Below are positions 62,902-64,000 of a stretch of DNA of 64,000 nucleotides, in pieces (position 1 is the first letter of the stretch; every line of letters begins with the position of its first letter). The stretch comes from Lophium mytilinum (taxonomy: Eukaryota): positions 1,553,673 to 1,617,672 of the forward strand of contig MU004188.1 of assembly GCA_010093605.1 (NCBI GenBank). Direction: 5' to 3'. The notes under the pieces were generated by a model, which was not told the DNA's origin, searched no databases, and worked only from the letters and a program-made list of their open reading frames with translations. The position numbers were made by a program, and so were the translations under genes.

Positions 62902-64000
62902 CTACACCGTCTCCTTCGGCGCCACCGGCTTAGCATACGGACTCACACCCGCCTCCTCATCCAAACTCTCCCGCCTACTAACCCCATCCCCCACATCCTT
63001 CCCCCCCTCCTTCGCGCGGAGTTCCCAGCTCCCCACCCGCTCCTTCGGCGCCTTCTTATCGCCATCCCCCATGCTCACGATGCCCGCGACAGCGCCGTTC
63101 TTCGGGAGCGAGAGGTCCGCGTCGCTATGCAGCTTCGTCGCGCCCTTGAACCCGCCCAGCTCGGACTTCTTATCGCGGTTTACTTTGTGGAAGCGGATGC
63201 CGCCGACCAGCAAAGCGACGATGAACGCGATCAAGAGCACGCCGAGGGTGACAGCGGCGCCGATGACGCCGGCGACTTGGGGCGTCATGGCGCTGGCGCG
63301 GGAGGTGCTGTTGGGGGTGGAGGTGGCGGCGTCGTCGAAGCCGAGGCAGAAGATCATCGTGGAGCCGCATGCGTTGCACCAGTCGGAGTCGCTGGAGACC
63401 TGGAGGGAGGTTAGTGAGTGGGGATACGGGTTTAGGGGTGGTCTAGGGGGCTTGCCATGATCATTGACATCAAGTCTTGGAAGTCGAGCCATGCCATGTC
63501 GGTCTGGCTGGGGCCGCGGTTGAACATGGGGAAGGATTGCAAGGTGCCGTTTGCGGCGATCTCGGTGCCGTTGTGGAAATGGAAGCGTATCCTGGAGGTG
63601 TTAGCTGTGCCTTTAGGGGAGACTAAGTTGATTCGGTATTTACCAGAGATCAGTTTCGTCGGTTGGGAACGCTGAACCGTCGTCACCGACGGAGAAAAGT
63701 TCGAATACCATAGCGCTAGCATACTTGGAGGTTTATGTTAGCATTGTTCAGTTCATGAGAAGATCAAGAGGCCTTACTTCTGGCAAGCCGAAGAAGTTTG
63801 AGTTGAGAAACTGAAGGTCAGCAAGTGAGAAGAACGAAACGAAAGGCTCGTGTTCGCCGACTATTCGAGATAAGTTAGCATTGATCCAGGCTTTAGATGC
63901 TCGATGAGATTTACCCATTAGAGTGAGCTTTGGCGCTTCACCTATAGAGGCCACGAGCGCTTGGAACTGTCCGAGAACTTTCGCCGCCAGAGTTTTGCCG
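62902..64000 (-). CDS. Membrane-anchored histidine acid phosphatase-like protein; 5' part outside the window
   Basis: Spliced GKTLAAKVL..GEHEPFVSFFSL..GLPE/YASAMVFELF..IRFHFHNGT..WCNACGS, a TM segment AGVIGAAVTLGV, then GGFKGATKL.SD.DL and ERVGSWEL. The catalytic RHG motif would lie outside the window. Confidence 0.75.

Overview
Gene-dense chromosomal DNA from a filamentous ascomycete (Pezizomycotina), judged from short GT-AG introns with CTRAY branch points and fungal gene families. Manual splicing supports about 19 intact or edge-truncated genes: a TBC Rab-GAP (truncated), an SPRTN-type SprT protease, HSP10, a TilS-like PP-loop enzyme, a C2H2 factor, HEI10, a JmjC protein, prefoldin 5, a divergent phenol monooxygenase/P450 pair, a ~2,500-aa Trp/Lys-repeat protein, GH17 Bgl2, an HTF1-type homeobox factor, GPP1, NUG1, PUT2, a histidine phosphatase (truncated) and three hypotheticals. 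Four genes are interrupted: a 4-TM gene with one in-frame TAG, a HET-domain gene, an F-box-like gene, and an inverted paralog of the gene at 59 kb. There is also a 9-nt minisatellite. The most interesting items are the giant repeat protein, the metazoan-like SPRTN, the single-TAG membrane gene, and a RIP-like pattern of stop codons. No rRNA, tRNA, CRISPR or intact transposon was recognised. Family calls come from motif recall, not database searches.
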